Positions 25,761 to 37,694 of a DNA stretch of 64,000 nucleotides are shown here, one piece after another (within the stretch, counting starts at the first letter, position 1; each line of letters begins with the position of its first letter). This stretch comes from Eledone cirrhosa (lineage: Eukaryota). Below the pieces are notes generated by a model. That model had not been told where the DNA came from. It was given only the letters and a program-made list of their open reading frames with translations, and ran no database searches. A program made the position numbers and the translations under genes. The DNA lies in the NCBI GenBank assembly GCA_964016885.1, contig OZ024740.1:309504001-309568000 (forward strand). The letters run 5' to 3'.

Positions 25761-28118
25761 AAATTTAAATATATACATACATACATATTTCGCGTGCAAA
25801 AACGCTACTGAGATGAACAGAAAACCATTTAAAGTGTTTCTTTTTAGATTAACAAAGGCAATATATATTTAAAATGTAAAGTTGTTTTAATAAGTATTCA
25901 TCTAGTATTGTTATGTAGTTTTAAATCATATTGTCTGTTTAACCGCCAGGATTACTCAATGTTTTAAATGAGTTATTGTAGTAATTCGATATCATAAAAA
26001 AAGATAGAAATATTAATGTACATGTAATATTTGCATATTGTTCGGGGAAAAAGTTTCATGAATAAATTCAAGCTATATTGTTTAACGGTTGTGGATCGTT
26101 TATTGTGTACAATATTCAATAAATAATCATATTTTACAACTCGTACAATGTCTCACTTTAAAAGACTGGGGACACAGTATATAACTGGTGCCTACAACAA
26201 CTGTGATATTAGCGGTTTTCTAAAGCAGAATATACAAGAAATATAACTCCATAATTAAAGATTTTCATCCAGCGATCAACAAATTCTGAGTTCAGTAAAT
26301 ATGAAAGGAATGTACTGATTGACACGAAAAAAATATGTACCATACAATATAATAAATATATTGTTGTGTTTGTCTAAATAGTATTCTGTGCTTTAATGTA
26401 AACCCCTTAATGTTTTCTTTGAAAACTTGTTTGTTCCGATATTTCTATCGTTTAGGACTTGCGAAATACGAAACAAGTAGATTTGCTACAATTCAGGCGA
26501 ATATAATGCCCCAAAAGGGAAATATATATTTTTGATTTAAAAAAAAAAAACGCAAGTAGTTGCTGGCAAAATCCACCCGGAAATGTAAATACAAACAAAT
26601 CGTGATATAGTGTTAGGTTTGCTTGCAACAACAAACCTTTGAGCAAAGGTTTATTTCCCTGATAACCCCGTCTATTTTCTGAGGATAATATATCTAAAAC
26701 TACATTATCGTATCCTCCTTTTTCTAAGATGGTAAATATATTTTTCCTTACTTATTATCATTTGAACATGGTGAGTTTCCGTCATTGAGAGTCGACAAAC
26801 AATCTCTTCATTCGAAAGTTTAACCTTGGTGTTTGACATGCTATAAGCTGTATAGGATTGGCAAAGCTCGGTTACAAGCTTTTATATTTAAGTAATGATG
26901 GTTTCTGTCAAAGAATTTGTAAGTGATTCACTGGAAATAACAAAAAGTTGGTTACAGTTTCCGGTAGGGTGTCAGTGAAATCTCAGATCTATGATTATAA
27001 CCATCGTCTAAGTGAGGAGAATTGTCAAGTCAGTGATGTTGCTTTGACTATAGGCAAGTAAAAGTCACTTACCTAAGTGTGAACACTAGCTTTTTGCCTG
27101 CTCTTTGCACTCATGCATTGAAAATAGCAACTAATATTGGATTTGACACTTCCACTGAAACTTGACGTATGAATCTCTCCTATGAACCTGTCGACACAGT
27201 TGCTGACGTAGACCATGACTAGATTTCACACTAAAATATCCATACAGTTAGTGGCTTTGGAGACCAGGTTTTAACAGACACCATTTTACGAATTAAATGT
27301 CAATTGATGTACATGTTTGGCAGGGAATTGTACTGATCACGTATCTTGGAATACTTTTTTTCTATTCGGTAGAATGTACGATTACTGAAAACTAATGAGA
27401 CACTTACGAATAAGTGTCTCATTAGTTTTCAGTAATTGTACATTCTACCGAAAAGAAAAAATATCATTCTAAGTTACGTGGTCAAGCTGTTGTTGTTTAC
27501 CTCCAACTCAACCCTGAGTTTCGGCCGAGTCAATCCCATTTTTTTCAGACTCAATTTTATGTCTGAGTTTTATTGTATGAGCTTCCTTGTGAAATCAGAT
27601 ATCCGTTTCTTTCGATTGATAATATTCCTTATCTTTCTGGTATCTATTTCAGTTATAAATAGTCAAAATCATCGGATTGGTAGTCTAATCATATTTAGGA
27701 GGTCGATGCTGGTCATTGAATACAGATAAACCCACAATTCAACGTATTACGTTATGTTGGACTATCGTTGAAGCGCATCCGGGTGGCAAATAATTTCGCA
27801 GTTTGCGAACATTTGAAACCAATATTACAATAATGAGATTTATATGATTGTAGTTAGTGAAAATGCAGTGTTACTTATTCACGTAAGTATGTATAATTAA
27901 TTATCAATATAGCCTCTTAGTTTTGAAGAATAAACTCCCCTAAAAAGTATTGCGGATTCTTCAGTTATTAGTATTTCCTATAAATGCTTCTTCCGCAAAC
28001 GAAACCATGGTAGGGAAATCTTCATATAAGCGAGACTAACTAAACATTTTTTTTGTCTGTCTGGCTTATACTCCCATAACTAGATTTTTTCACTTAAATT
28101 TAATATGTATTAATGCTT

Positions 28119-28176
<58 letters not shown>

Positions 28177-28654
28177 TATTCTTGAGTTTACAAACACAAG
28201 TAAAATGTATTTAATACCAAAATAGAAAATATTATACATTTATTATATAACAGAGGTTTACACATTTTCGATATTTGAGTGTCGCGGATTGCCGGTTATC
28301 AAGTAACTGGAAATAAATTTTACATGACACAGTATACATTACAAATATGAGTTTGGCTAGTATAGTAATAATTTATATCTGTCATTTAGAAACAATTATT
28401 TAAAAAAAAGTTTTCTTGTAAATGGATCTTAAAATATGATGTAAAAGAAAATATAGTTTTATTTGTATGTCTGTGGTCGGTGTGGAAATAACCAGACGAT
28501 ACTAAAATAGTGGTAGCCTTAGAGAAAACGCCAATATTATGTGACGATAAGCAATTAGAATCGACCTATTGCACCGATCTCTTTTGAAAGTTTTCCTGGT
28601 GTCAAGTGTTCAACAGACTTTGAATCAATGGAGTTGCATTATTATATTCTGACG

Positions 28655-28836
28655 GTGGATTGGCAGTATCGGTAGAGGGTCGGACGCCATGCTTTGACGC
28701 ATAGAGTTACGGCCCTTGCCATTCTGAGTTCAAATCCCGCCGAGGTTAATTTTGCCTTTCATCCTTACGGGGTCGATAAAATAAAGTACCAGTAATGCAC
28801 TGGGTAATTGCTGGCCTTGTGCCAAAAGTAGAAACA
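28655..28836 (+). mobile_element. tRNA-derived SINE with target-site duplication
   Basis: TSD attattatattctgacg at 28638-28654 and 28837-28853. Confidence 0.94.
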
Positions 28837-30403
28837 ATTATTATATTCTGACGCATGAATGAAACACATTGTTAAGATTGTGGCTCTGGTCGTCTGTGAA
28901 TGATTGTACATATGTTGAGTTGTTTGAATTATGAGTTGTCCGGATTAGACGATTTATGATATAGTTCATCAGCCTAATGTCATAGATGTGTTAGAAATAT
29001 AGGATACATACTATTAAGGTCATCTTGTTTAGAACTAGCGTAGCTGGACATGTTTACTGAGTTGAAGTACCTTATATTTTTTCTTGATAGTTTGACGGGA
29101 ATTCATAGCTGGACAGATGAGATATTTGTTATAGAACCATACATTTTAATGTAACTTAAAAGCTTTTTATTTGGTGTATCGTACGTCTGTGCAATACATG
29201 AATGTTTACTTATCGATTGCAACCGCTATTAAATATTCACATATATTTATCTTAGCAGCCGAAACCTTTCTCTATATCGTCAGATGAGCCGGAAAATGCT
29301 ATCAATCATACTTCTTAATAGTTTATATGGATATGGTACGAAGAATTTATCTTTGCTTAGCGAATAAATGTGTAGGTAGTCAGACTGACTGAGACCCGTC
29401 CCACATTAAACAAACATTAAAAAATATTTCGAAATCAAATAAGGAAGTAGTGGTTAGACAAGTACAGCGTCTTTTGAATCCGTATAACCAAAATATTTAT
29501 CTACCTGAATGATAGACTGCGGTACTGACAGAGCGCCACTTAATCATATCGAGCTTGATAAATGTTAAGAAAATAACCAGCATTGTTATAGATTAACATT
29601 ATATACATTTATACAATGTGAACAAAGAATAATAAACCCTTCGATATATTAACGAACAAGAAATAGATATTGTAAGATTTATTTTGAGAAAATGTATTGA
29701 TTTTCTAAATGAACATTTAAAAATCTATTTAATTGTAAATATGATGTTATGGCAATTTACGGAATATTGTTTTTATATATTTTCATTCATTTACACACAT
29801 CTATGATGACAACTGCTAAAATACATAAATGATATGTAAATACATATATACCTTTATCATAGATGAATTATATTAGTCATGTTTTAGCACGGGATAACTA
29901 ATTATTTTTCTGAAATTAGAAATTTAATTGCCGCTAGCAATTTGTTAAAGCGCAAAAAGAATTAAACAATATAACTGTTTGAAGGGGAAAATTCTTGCAA
30001 TATACTTGATGTTATCCTATTTCTTCGAAGTATTTCATATCATTTAAATAAAAATAAAACCAATATATTTGAGAACACGCAAAACGAAGCACACATATAT
30101 ATGTGTGAGATATACATGTTTGGCTATGTGCATTTCTAGTGTTAATGAGTAAGAAATGTTGTTCGTGAATGAGACATAATTATATAAAGTATACATAAAC
30201 ATATTTCGGTGATAACCATTATGCAACAGCTAAAATTTGAACAGAAAAAAACAGAAAAACATGATGGAATAAAGTTTAGCTCTGTTAATTGGATGTTTGG
30301 ATATGCTCAGTGCTGAAGTATGGTGTTGTTTTCTCACTGGTGGCATATGCGGTAATCTTTATTCCATCATTTTGTTTTTTCTGCTTTTTCTGTTCAAATT
30401 CTA

Positions 30404-30464
30404 GCTGTCTGATGAGGTCATAGCTGTTGCATAATGGTTATCACCGAAATGTATATATAACAGC
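30404..30464 (+). ncRNA. Type I hammerhead ribozyme within an inverted-repeat element (about 30200-30470)
   Basis: gctgt-CTGATGA-ggt c atagctgttg c ataatggttat c acc-GAAA-TGTATATA-TA-acagc. Confidence 0.82.
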
Positions 30465-30512
30465 GAATTTGAATAAACAAAGTTAATTTTAAATTGTTGA
30501 CTTACACTTCTT

Positions 30513-30546
<34 letters not shown>

Positions 30547-31030
30547 GCCTTCTCCATTATGTCAGTCGGGGCCGTTGGGTGGCCAACACGTGGGACCCAT
30601 TTGCTTATAATACAGAGAGATGAGGTAGGCGAGAGATATGGAGGCAATGACAGTGGCTCTTCCGTGTTCGGACACATTTATCAATTCTACCTTGAAAATT
30701 AGGTGTGCCTGCTTTTGTATCCTTCTGTATCACGAATTTTTTCTAAGTATAGTTTTTTAAACCAACGATAATAACCGTGAAATTGACTACTCTTTAAAGA
30801 ACATTCCCACCCCTTCAAATAGAACTTACTCGAAACTCCTTTTAAAGAAAGTAGAAGATGTGGTCAAACACCTTCGCGTTTGATGGAGAAGTATCTTTCT
30901 TTCATAAGCACAGGTTGCACAAGTTGGTCATCAACGATCAACGAGACATATGTACCTGGTATGGCTTCGTTGTATTATTGACTTGAATATCTATATGTAT
31001 ATGTATGTATGTATATATATATATATATAT

Positions 31031-31198
31031 TTATTAAAATAACAGATTAAAGTTTAAGCAAAGAATCGCTGCTTTTACCCTTAACGGGATCTTCTGAAGA
31101 TCCCGTTAAGGGTGAAAGCAGGGTTCTTATATATTTGATATATATTTATCCTTATCGAGCCCTCTTTGGATTTTAGTCTTCAAATTTATTATTATTAC

Positions 31199-31200
<2 letters not shown>
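31031..31200. mobile_element. Repeat family B, fold-back copy
   Basis: gcttttacccttaacgggatcttc-t-gaagatcccgttaagggtgaaagc palindrome. Confidence 0.8.
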
Positions 31201-31292
<92 letters not shown>

Positions 31293-33540
31293 ACGGTGTG
31301 TGTGTGTAATTTCAAGATGGAGATCAGATCAATTTAAGGTTGTGTAGCTTGTGACTAGCTTTGAAATCGTAAATAAATTTGATATTATTCTCTTTTTACT
31401 TGCTCTCTTATGATATATTATATAAAATATAACTATAATATATTTATCTATTTTATAAACATCGATTGTTTCTAAGTATCTCACCGACAGATGCAAATTA
31501 GGGTAGACATTTAAGTTAGATTGTGGCTTCTATTTGCTATAAATATTGTCTGATTATATATTCTCTTTGCAGATCTAATAATGTGAGTGCTTGTCTGATA
31601 ATGATTGCACTATTATCTGTGAAAAATATGAAGGCAATTTCTCTGATTTTGTTGTACAAGGAGAGCCATAAAATTCTTTATGACACTTGTTCACGTTATC
31701 ACAGTGATACTTATGAAAATTAGTTTTAAATGAATTAAATTTATCTCCGATATACGCTGTGTTTAGTATTCATACTTATTTAATGAATGAAACGTCGACA
31801 AAGCCAGTGTTTTAATCTAACTTAGTGAAGGATATAAGATAAAGCCTCATTGAATATATATTTCTAGAAGTTTACAGCCATTTTATACAAGTTAAGTGAA
31901 TAATTCGCGCATATATCCACAGTCGTAGAATAGGTATTTTGAAGATTAAATGAAATGGCTTTAAATAGCTATTAGAATTCTGTGTATCTATAGTTAAATA
32001 AAACCGTATTTAAATTCAACAGGATGCACTTTGACTTTTGAGAAGTGTATGAATATCAAAACGTCGCATTTGCTTTTATTTATAAAGGCAATGTCTTCAG
32101 CTAATTCAATATAAGTCAAGAACATGTTTGTGTAGATTTAATGCACTCCCCATTTATTATATCCTCTATTATACCAAAATTCTTGATCAATCATGATATT
32201 TTATCTAATATGCGTATAAAACGTGTTATTCAACAAGTCATCAAATTAAAATGTCCTGGGTTTAAAACGGTTGAAATAATTCTATGCATGATGCTGGTCA
32301 AAGATTTGTGAAAAACAAATTATCTTACTTCTTAATCGTGACTCAACAGCAACGTTAGATTAAATATACGAGGAAGAAATGTCTGCCTTGCTCTCTGCCA
32401 TGCCAAATAATATTTATGGTAACAAAATATTCAACAAATGCTGTTTATTATGCCAAAAAGGTGATAAGATCCAATTATCACGTACATGTCTCACTTCATA
32501 GTTAGGTTTATATCCTTGCCTTATACAATATATTTGTAATAATATACCGAAAAAGGAATTAGATTCGGTATTGTCAATGTTGCCAAAGATATTGAAGCTT
32601 ATTAAGTCCAACTAGCTTATTACATTCGATGAGAACGACATATACGTCACGCGTTCCCAATTTTAACCTTTATATATGAGTGATTTTGCACTGAGCATAA
32701 CTCTATAGGCTCCAAAGGCGAATTCTGTAGGTAATACGAATAATTCAAAACAAAGCTGCCTGCAGGTTATATTCCATTCTTGGCTGAAACCAATTTATTT
32801 CATATATAGCCATTGGCGGACTAGGTCTAAAAATTTGGTAGCCAGGGGGAGACAAAGGGGACCACACACAACTACAATGCTATCATTTAATTTTTATATC
32901 GAATAAATAACATAAAAAAAATAATCCTCTCTATTTCTGTGAATACAATTGACTGTAAAATTGTAAAGTAAAAATACGGATTATAGAATATATTAAGAAT
33001 TTCTTACCTTCTTCAATAAAAAAAGATCTTGTGAAATATACACACCCACAAAATAGTAGTAATGAGCTTCGGTCTTTCACACTCAATATATATATATTGA
33101 GTATATATACGAAGATAAGTCAAATTAAACTTCGTTTCCAGGAGGGTTTTACTGGCCTCCAGGATAATGCAAGCTAAGATCTACCAGATGTCTTATTTTG
33201 ATGAGATCCCAGAAATTCGGAACGGGACAACATTACAAATTTGTCCATTTTGCAGGGGAACACAGAACACTTCTTTGCAAGGGCTTCGATTTTGAAGAGC
33301 CCTAAGTTGCTTCCAAGCTGCTTGGCATTTGCAACGTATTTTATGTCCTACAACAAGCTCTTTAGAGCTGCCCCATGAGGAATCGTGGGGCCAGATCCGG
33401 CCTTTGCGGTCTAAATCTTTTACTCACTTCGAACACCTCAGGTAGAACACATATGTTGGCCAATGTTTTTTGTATTGTTAAACGTTTTTGGCTGCCCGAG
33501 CCAAACATTATTCTCTCCTGGTTAAATCCACATTGAACAT

Positions 33541-35200
33541 CGCTAATCCGGTCTCTGTAGGCCCTGCGCGCTGGTAAGGACGCGTTTAGCTTCCAGTAGC
33601 CGGGTCCTCGTCTATGAAGCCTATCAAAGTCAAGCACACAGATCACGAATTTGTGGTCCGTGTAGCTGACTATCTTGAATTGTGGACAGCCTATGTTAGA
33701 CTTATCTATTTCCATACAAAATACTCTATCTAGATATGATCTGGATGACCCTATGCGGTTTGTTCAAGTCCACATTGGCACATTCGGGAAATCCAATCGG
33801 TACCTGTCAGACAGTTCAAAACGCCTGAGCAGGTTGGTGAGGCTCTTGCACCCTCCTCCCCTATCCGCTAATCCCACACAGTCCCAGCGTGCATCTAAGA
33901 TCCCGTTCCAGTCGCCCACTAACACTAAAGAACGGGACGTTCCTAGAAACGTCTCCAGACGCCGGTAGAAATCAGACCACCCTGCACCTGTCGGGGCATA
34001 GACGACTACTAGCCTGAAAGCTTGCCCGTCTCCGCTGGTCACGTCCAGCACCACCAACTTACCTTCTGGGTCCAGGAAGGTGGCCCGCATGGCGAGATCC
34101 AAACCTCTCCGAAAAAGCACAGCAACTCCTCCCCCCGATCCAGGACGGCTGGGAGATGCGTACACATCGTAGCCGCCGAAGATCGGTGTGAAGGCCCGTG
34201 CTTCGGAGATTCTGGTCTCGCTGATGGCCACTACATCTATGTTTAGTGACCTGAGGTCGTTGAGCAGGTGGCCCTGCTTCCATGACGACCCCAAGTCACG
34301 CGCATTTATGCTGCCTATTCTGAGTGAGGTCATGTTGAAATGGAGTGGAAAAGATGGGAAAGAACACTTACCTTACTTCTCGTAGAGGAAGGATGGTTTG
34401 TCCATCCTTTTCACTGATTGTGGCCTCCTCAGGAAGGATGTCCTTATAAATCCTCTTGGAGAGTGCTTGTCGGAAGTCTCCGATGTCTTTGGGGAATTTT
34501 TGTTTTAGAGTCGTGTACGTTTTCTGTGTGATGCGAGTGATTTGTATGTGTGGAGGAGGCGTAAACGTTTGGGTTGTTGTGTAGTCTTTTTCTGTGATGC
34601 TGGTGTTGTGTTGCATGTAGTGTAATAATTGGTTATTGTTCAAATTTAATGCTGTGTAGTGTGTATCGTTTTGGTTGTTTTGTTTTGTTTGCGTTTGTTG
34701 TGGGTTTGTTTCTGTTTCGCTTTTTGGTGACTTTTGTGGTGTTGGTGATGGTGGTGTTGGGGTTAATGATGGTGATGGTGTTGGTGTTTGTGGTGATGAG
34801 GTTGGTGATGCTGGTGTGGATGGTGGCATATCTGTCCTAACTTTTTTGTTTGATAGTTTATTTGTTTCTCTCTGTATTTTGTTTTTGGAGGGGGAGGGAA
34901 GAGAATTTTTTCTTTTTGGTTTCTTTTTTTCTTTTTTCCTGATACCGTTTCTCACTCCTCGTCGTCACAATCTGTCTCCTGTTGTGATAGGCCGGGGAGT
35001 GGAAAATCCTCCACAGGCGTTGGTTTTGGTTGTGGCGTGGTGGATGGTGTAAGCGCTGGTGCTATTCTGGCGCGTTGGGTGGTGGTGGTGTTGGTTTTGC
35101 TACTGTTGCTGGGGTTGTTGCTGTTACAGTTGCTTCTGTTGTTGCTGCTACAGTTGTTGCTGCCATCTCTGCTGCTGGTGGTGTTGATGGTGAGAGAGTT
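33541..35200 (-). mobile_element. Tx1/L1-clade fragment: ORF1 C-terminus plus APE endonuclease of ORF2
   Basis: 33764..34333 encodes MTSLRIGSINAR..VAISET..VYAP..VGDWN, nearly identical to 37695..38264. 34368..34955 is a diverged ORF1 tail. Confidence 0.92.
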
Positions 35201-35307
35201 TGATCTACATTAGGTTATTTACTACGGAGAACATAATACCCATGCAGTAGCACAATTTAGTGCACAATTTGCCAACAGGTTGATATTCTTTGCAACGTTA
35301 ATTGCAG

Positions 35308-35401
35308 AAAACCCATATCGTACCGTCTTGTGCCATCTGTAATGTTTTTCTTGATGTCAGCCCTTGTGACCAATAAAGAAATCATTATTATTATTATTAT
35401 T
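35308..35401 (+). mobile_element. Isolated Tx1 3' UTR fragment with (ATT)n tail
   Basis: Matches the reverse complement of 41395-41482 (tctgtaatgtttttcttgatgtca..ccttgtg.ccaataaa). Confidence 0.8.
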
Positions 35402-35616
35402 GAATGCTATGGTTGACGGAGGCTCGGCTCTGTAAGGTATTGTAAATTTTGACCGCTATAACAATTGTAAATTGTTTAAAATTTTAACCAACTTGTAGAC
35501 AAAAACACCCTCCTCCTCGTGAGAGGGGTCTTTCTGCCCGTTATTTGGCCCTTCGGGGTTAAATAACTGCTTATTGGGGTTTTGTGCCCAATATTTATTT
35601 TAAACAAAAAAACAAC

Positions 35617-37575
35617 ATGGCTACGAAAAAGAATTTTCATAGGTCACTCCCACTCATTCCGTCTTCTTCTTCCTCAATCGTCACTACAGCAGAGAGAAGA
35701 TTGTCTCCCTCCCTTCTTTAAATGTGTCTCTCTCCCTCCCTTCTCTTTCGCAAGCGACGACAGAAAAGAAAAGTCTCGTGCAAAGCGTGCAAGATTTCTC
35801 CACGACAACGACGAAACAGGTGTGTGGGAAATACGAAAACCCATTTCATTCGTCTGACGTCAGGAATAATAGCAGTAGCAGCCGTAATAACAACAGCAAC
35901 AGTGACAATGAAAACAACAGTAGCAGCCGCAACAGAATCAGCAGCAGCATAAAAAACAACAGCATTAGCAGCAGCAACAACAACAACAACCACAGCAACA
36001 GCGGCGGCGGCAGTAGTCGTAGTACCTGCAGCAACAACAAAAGTAACAGCAGCTCTGACGACAACAACAACAACAACAGCAGCAAAGAAAAACCAATCTC
36101 GTTTGCAGGTATCGCAAAGAACCTGAAAACGATCCTCATAACAAATGAGGAATTAAAGGAAGCGAAGAAGATGGTGATAAAAACTGGACACCGAGCAATC
36201 TGCAAGGCAGCGGAAAAATGTTTCGAAACCCAACAGCACTGTACGGTCACGTACCGTACAGTAAGTACAAAATCCCGTAGGGTTGAAAGAGCCACAGAGG
36301 CTCAAATACAAAAAGCCTTGGGGTCTGTGTGGCAGCGGAAAACGCACATCACCCGAGGCAAGAAATATGCCACCGTAGACGTACTTTTTGCCACACCCCA
36401 GGAGGCAAAGGATCGATCCTTAGTGACCCTAAGGAGCGAGGAAATGGTGTTGGTGCCCTCCTACTGCGGGCAAAAAATCGTGAGGGTCAAACTGACCCAC
36501 GCCCCCCCCCCCCCCCGGGATGGCCCCTTCTTGGCTGGCCGCGTCTGTCCTCGTCGGAATCGAGGACAAAACAACTGTACTGCAAGTACAGAAAAAAGTA
36601 AGAGAAGATTGGGTCGGCACCTCCATTGAGATGTTAATCCAAACCAACCAGGAGTGCATCGAAGCTATCCCGGATGTGATAGACTTCGATAACGGAACTC
36701 AATTGCCCATAAGTGTTGAGGGCAAACGCCCGAAATGCTTTCGCTGTGGATTGAAGACTCACCTCAGGGCCTTCTGCAACGAGAAGACCCTGAGAAAGGA
36801 GAAAACCCCCCTCCTTCCGAAACCGGCTCCACGGCTACCAGCAACAGGACAAGCGGCAACCAGGAACGATAGGTCCGTGGCACCCATACCCACGCCACGG
36901 AAATCAAAAACAGCAGCAGCAGTGGAAGTATTAACAACAACAACAAGTGAAAGAGTGGAGCTGGTACCCCTCCCCGACCTCACAGAATCAGACATGGAGT
37001 GTGAGGTGGGAGAGAGATGGCAAAAAGTCGTAACAAGGCACAAACGCAGAAACAGCGGATCGTCTCCTTTGAAAAGGGAGGAACGAAATGAAAACAGGGT
37101 AAAGTCTACTGCAAAGAGACTCACAGCAGCAACACCACCAACACCATCACCACCCACACTAGCACCACCATCACCACCGGCGACAACCCCACCGCCAACA
37201 ACACCTTCAACACCACCACCACAAACACCAACATCGAAAACACAACAACAAAACACACACACCCAGCAACAACGACAAGAAAATAGCAGAACCACACCCC
37301 ACCCCCAGAAAAACAAATGCACGGCAATAAATACACACAACAAGAAACTAATGACTTACATAATTGAACACACAGACATTTCACAACACGACTACACAAT
37401 ACCAGCACCAATCAAAACGCCAACTAACATAAGACTGCTAAAAATAGCACAGAAACAATACACAAACATTAAAACGAAATTCCCCAATGCAGTTGGTGAT
37501 TTCAGAGACCTAGGAGGGACACTCAACCGAAGAGTATATTCGGACATACTCATAGAAGAGCCGACGACGAGCTGA
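35617..37575 (+). pseudogene. Tx1 ORF1 (gag-like, zinc knuckle), frameshifted
   Basis: Frames 35724..36629 and 36520..37575 switch at the poly-C tract (about 36502-36516). Knuckle CFRCGLKTHLRAFC. The candidate ATG at 35617 needs a second shift near 35720. Confidence 0.78.
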
Positions 37576-37694
37576 AGGGACGATTCAACGGTCCCTTCAC
37601 CAGACGATCAAGTGAAAAGGGATGGAAAAACCATCCCTCCTCTACGAAAAGTACGGTAAGTGGTCTTTCCCATCTTTTCCACTCTATTTTAAAC

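Noticed and set aside
27073-27231. Minus-strand segment ending in TAG|GTAAGT
   Set aside because: No frame reads through it, and a single donor match is expected by chance.
33135-33540. Possible RLE-type LINE remnant (QCG..RPDL) left of the Tx1 nest
   Set aside because: The motifs are too weak to assign without a profile search.
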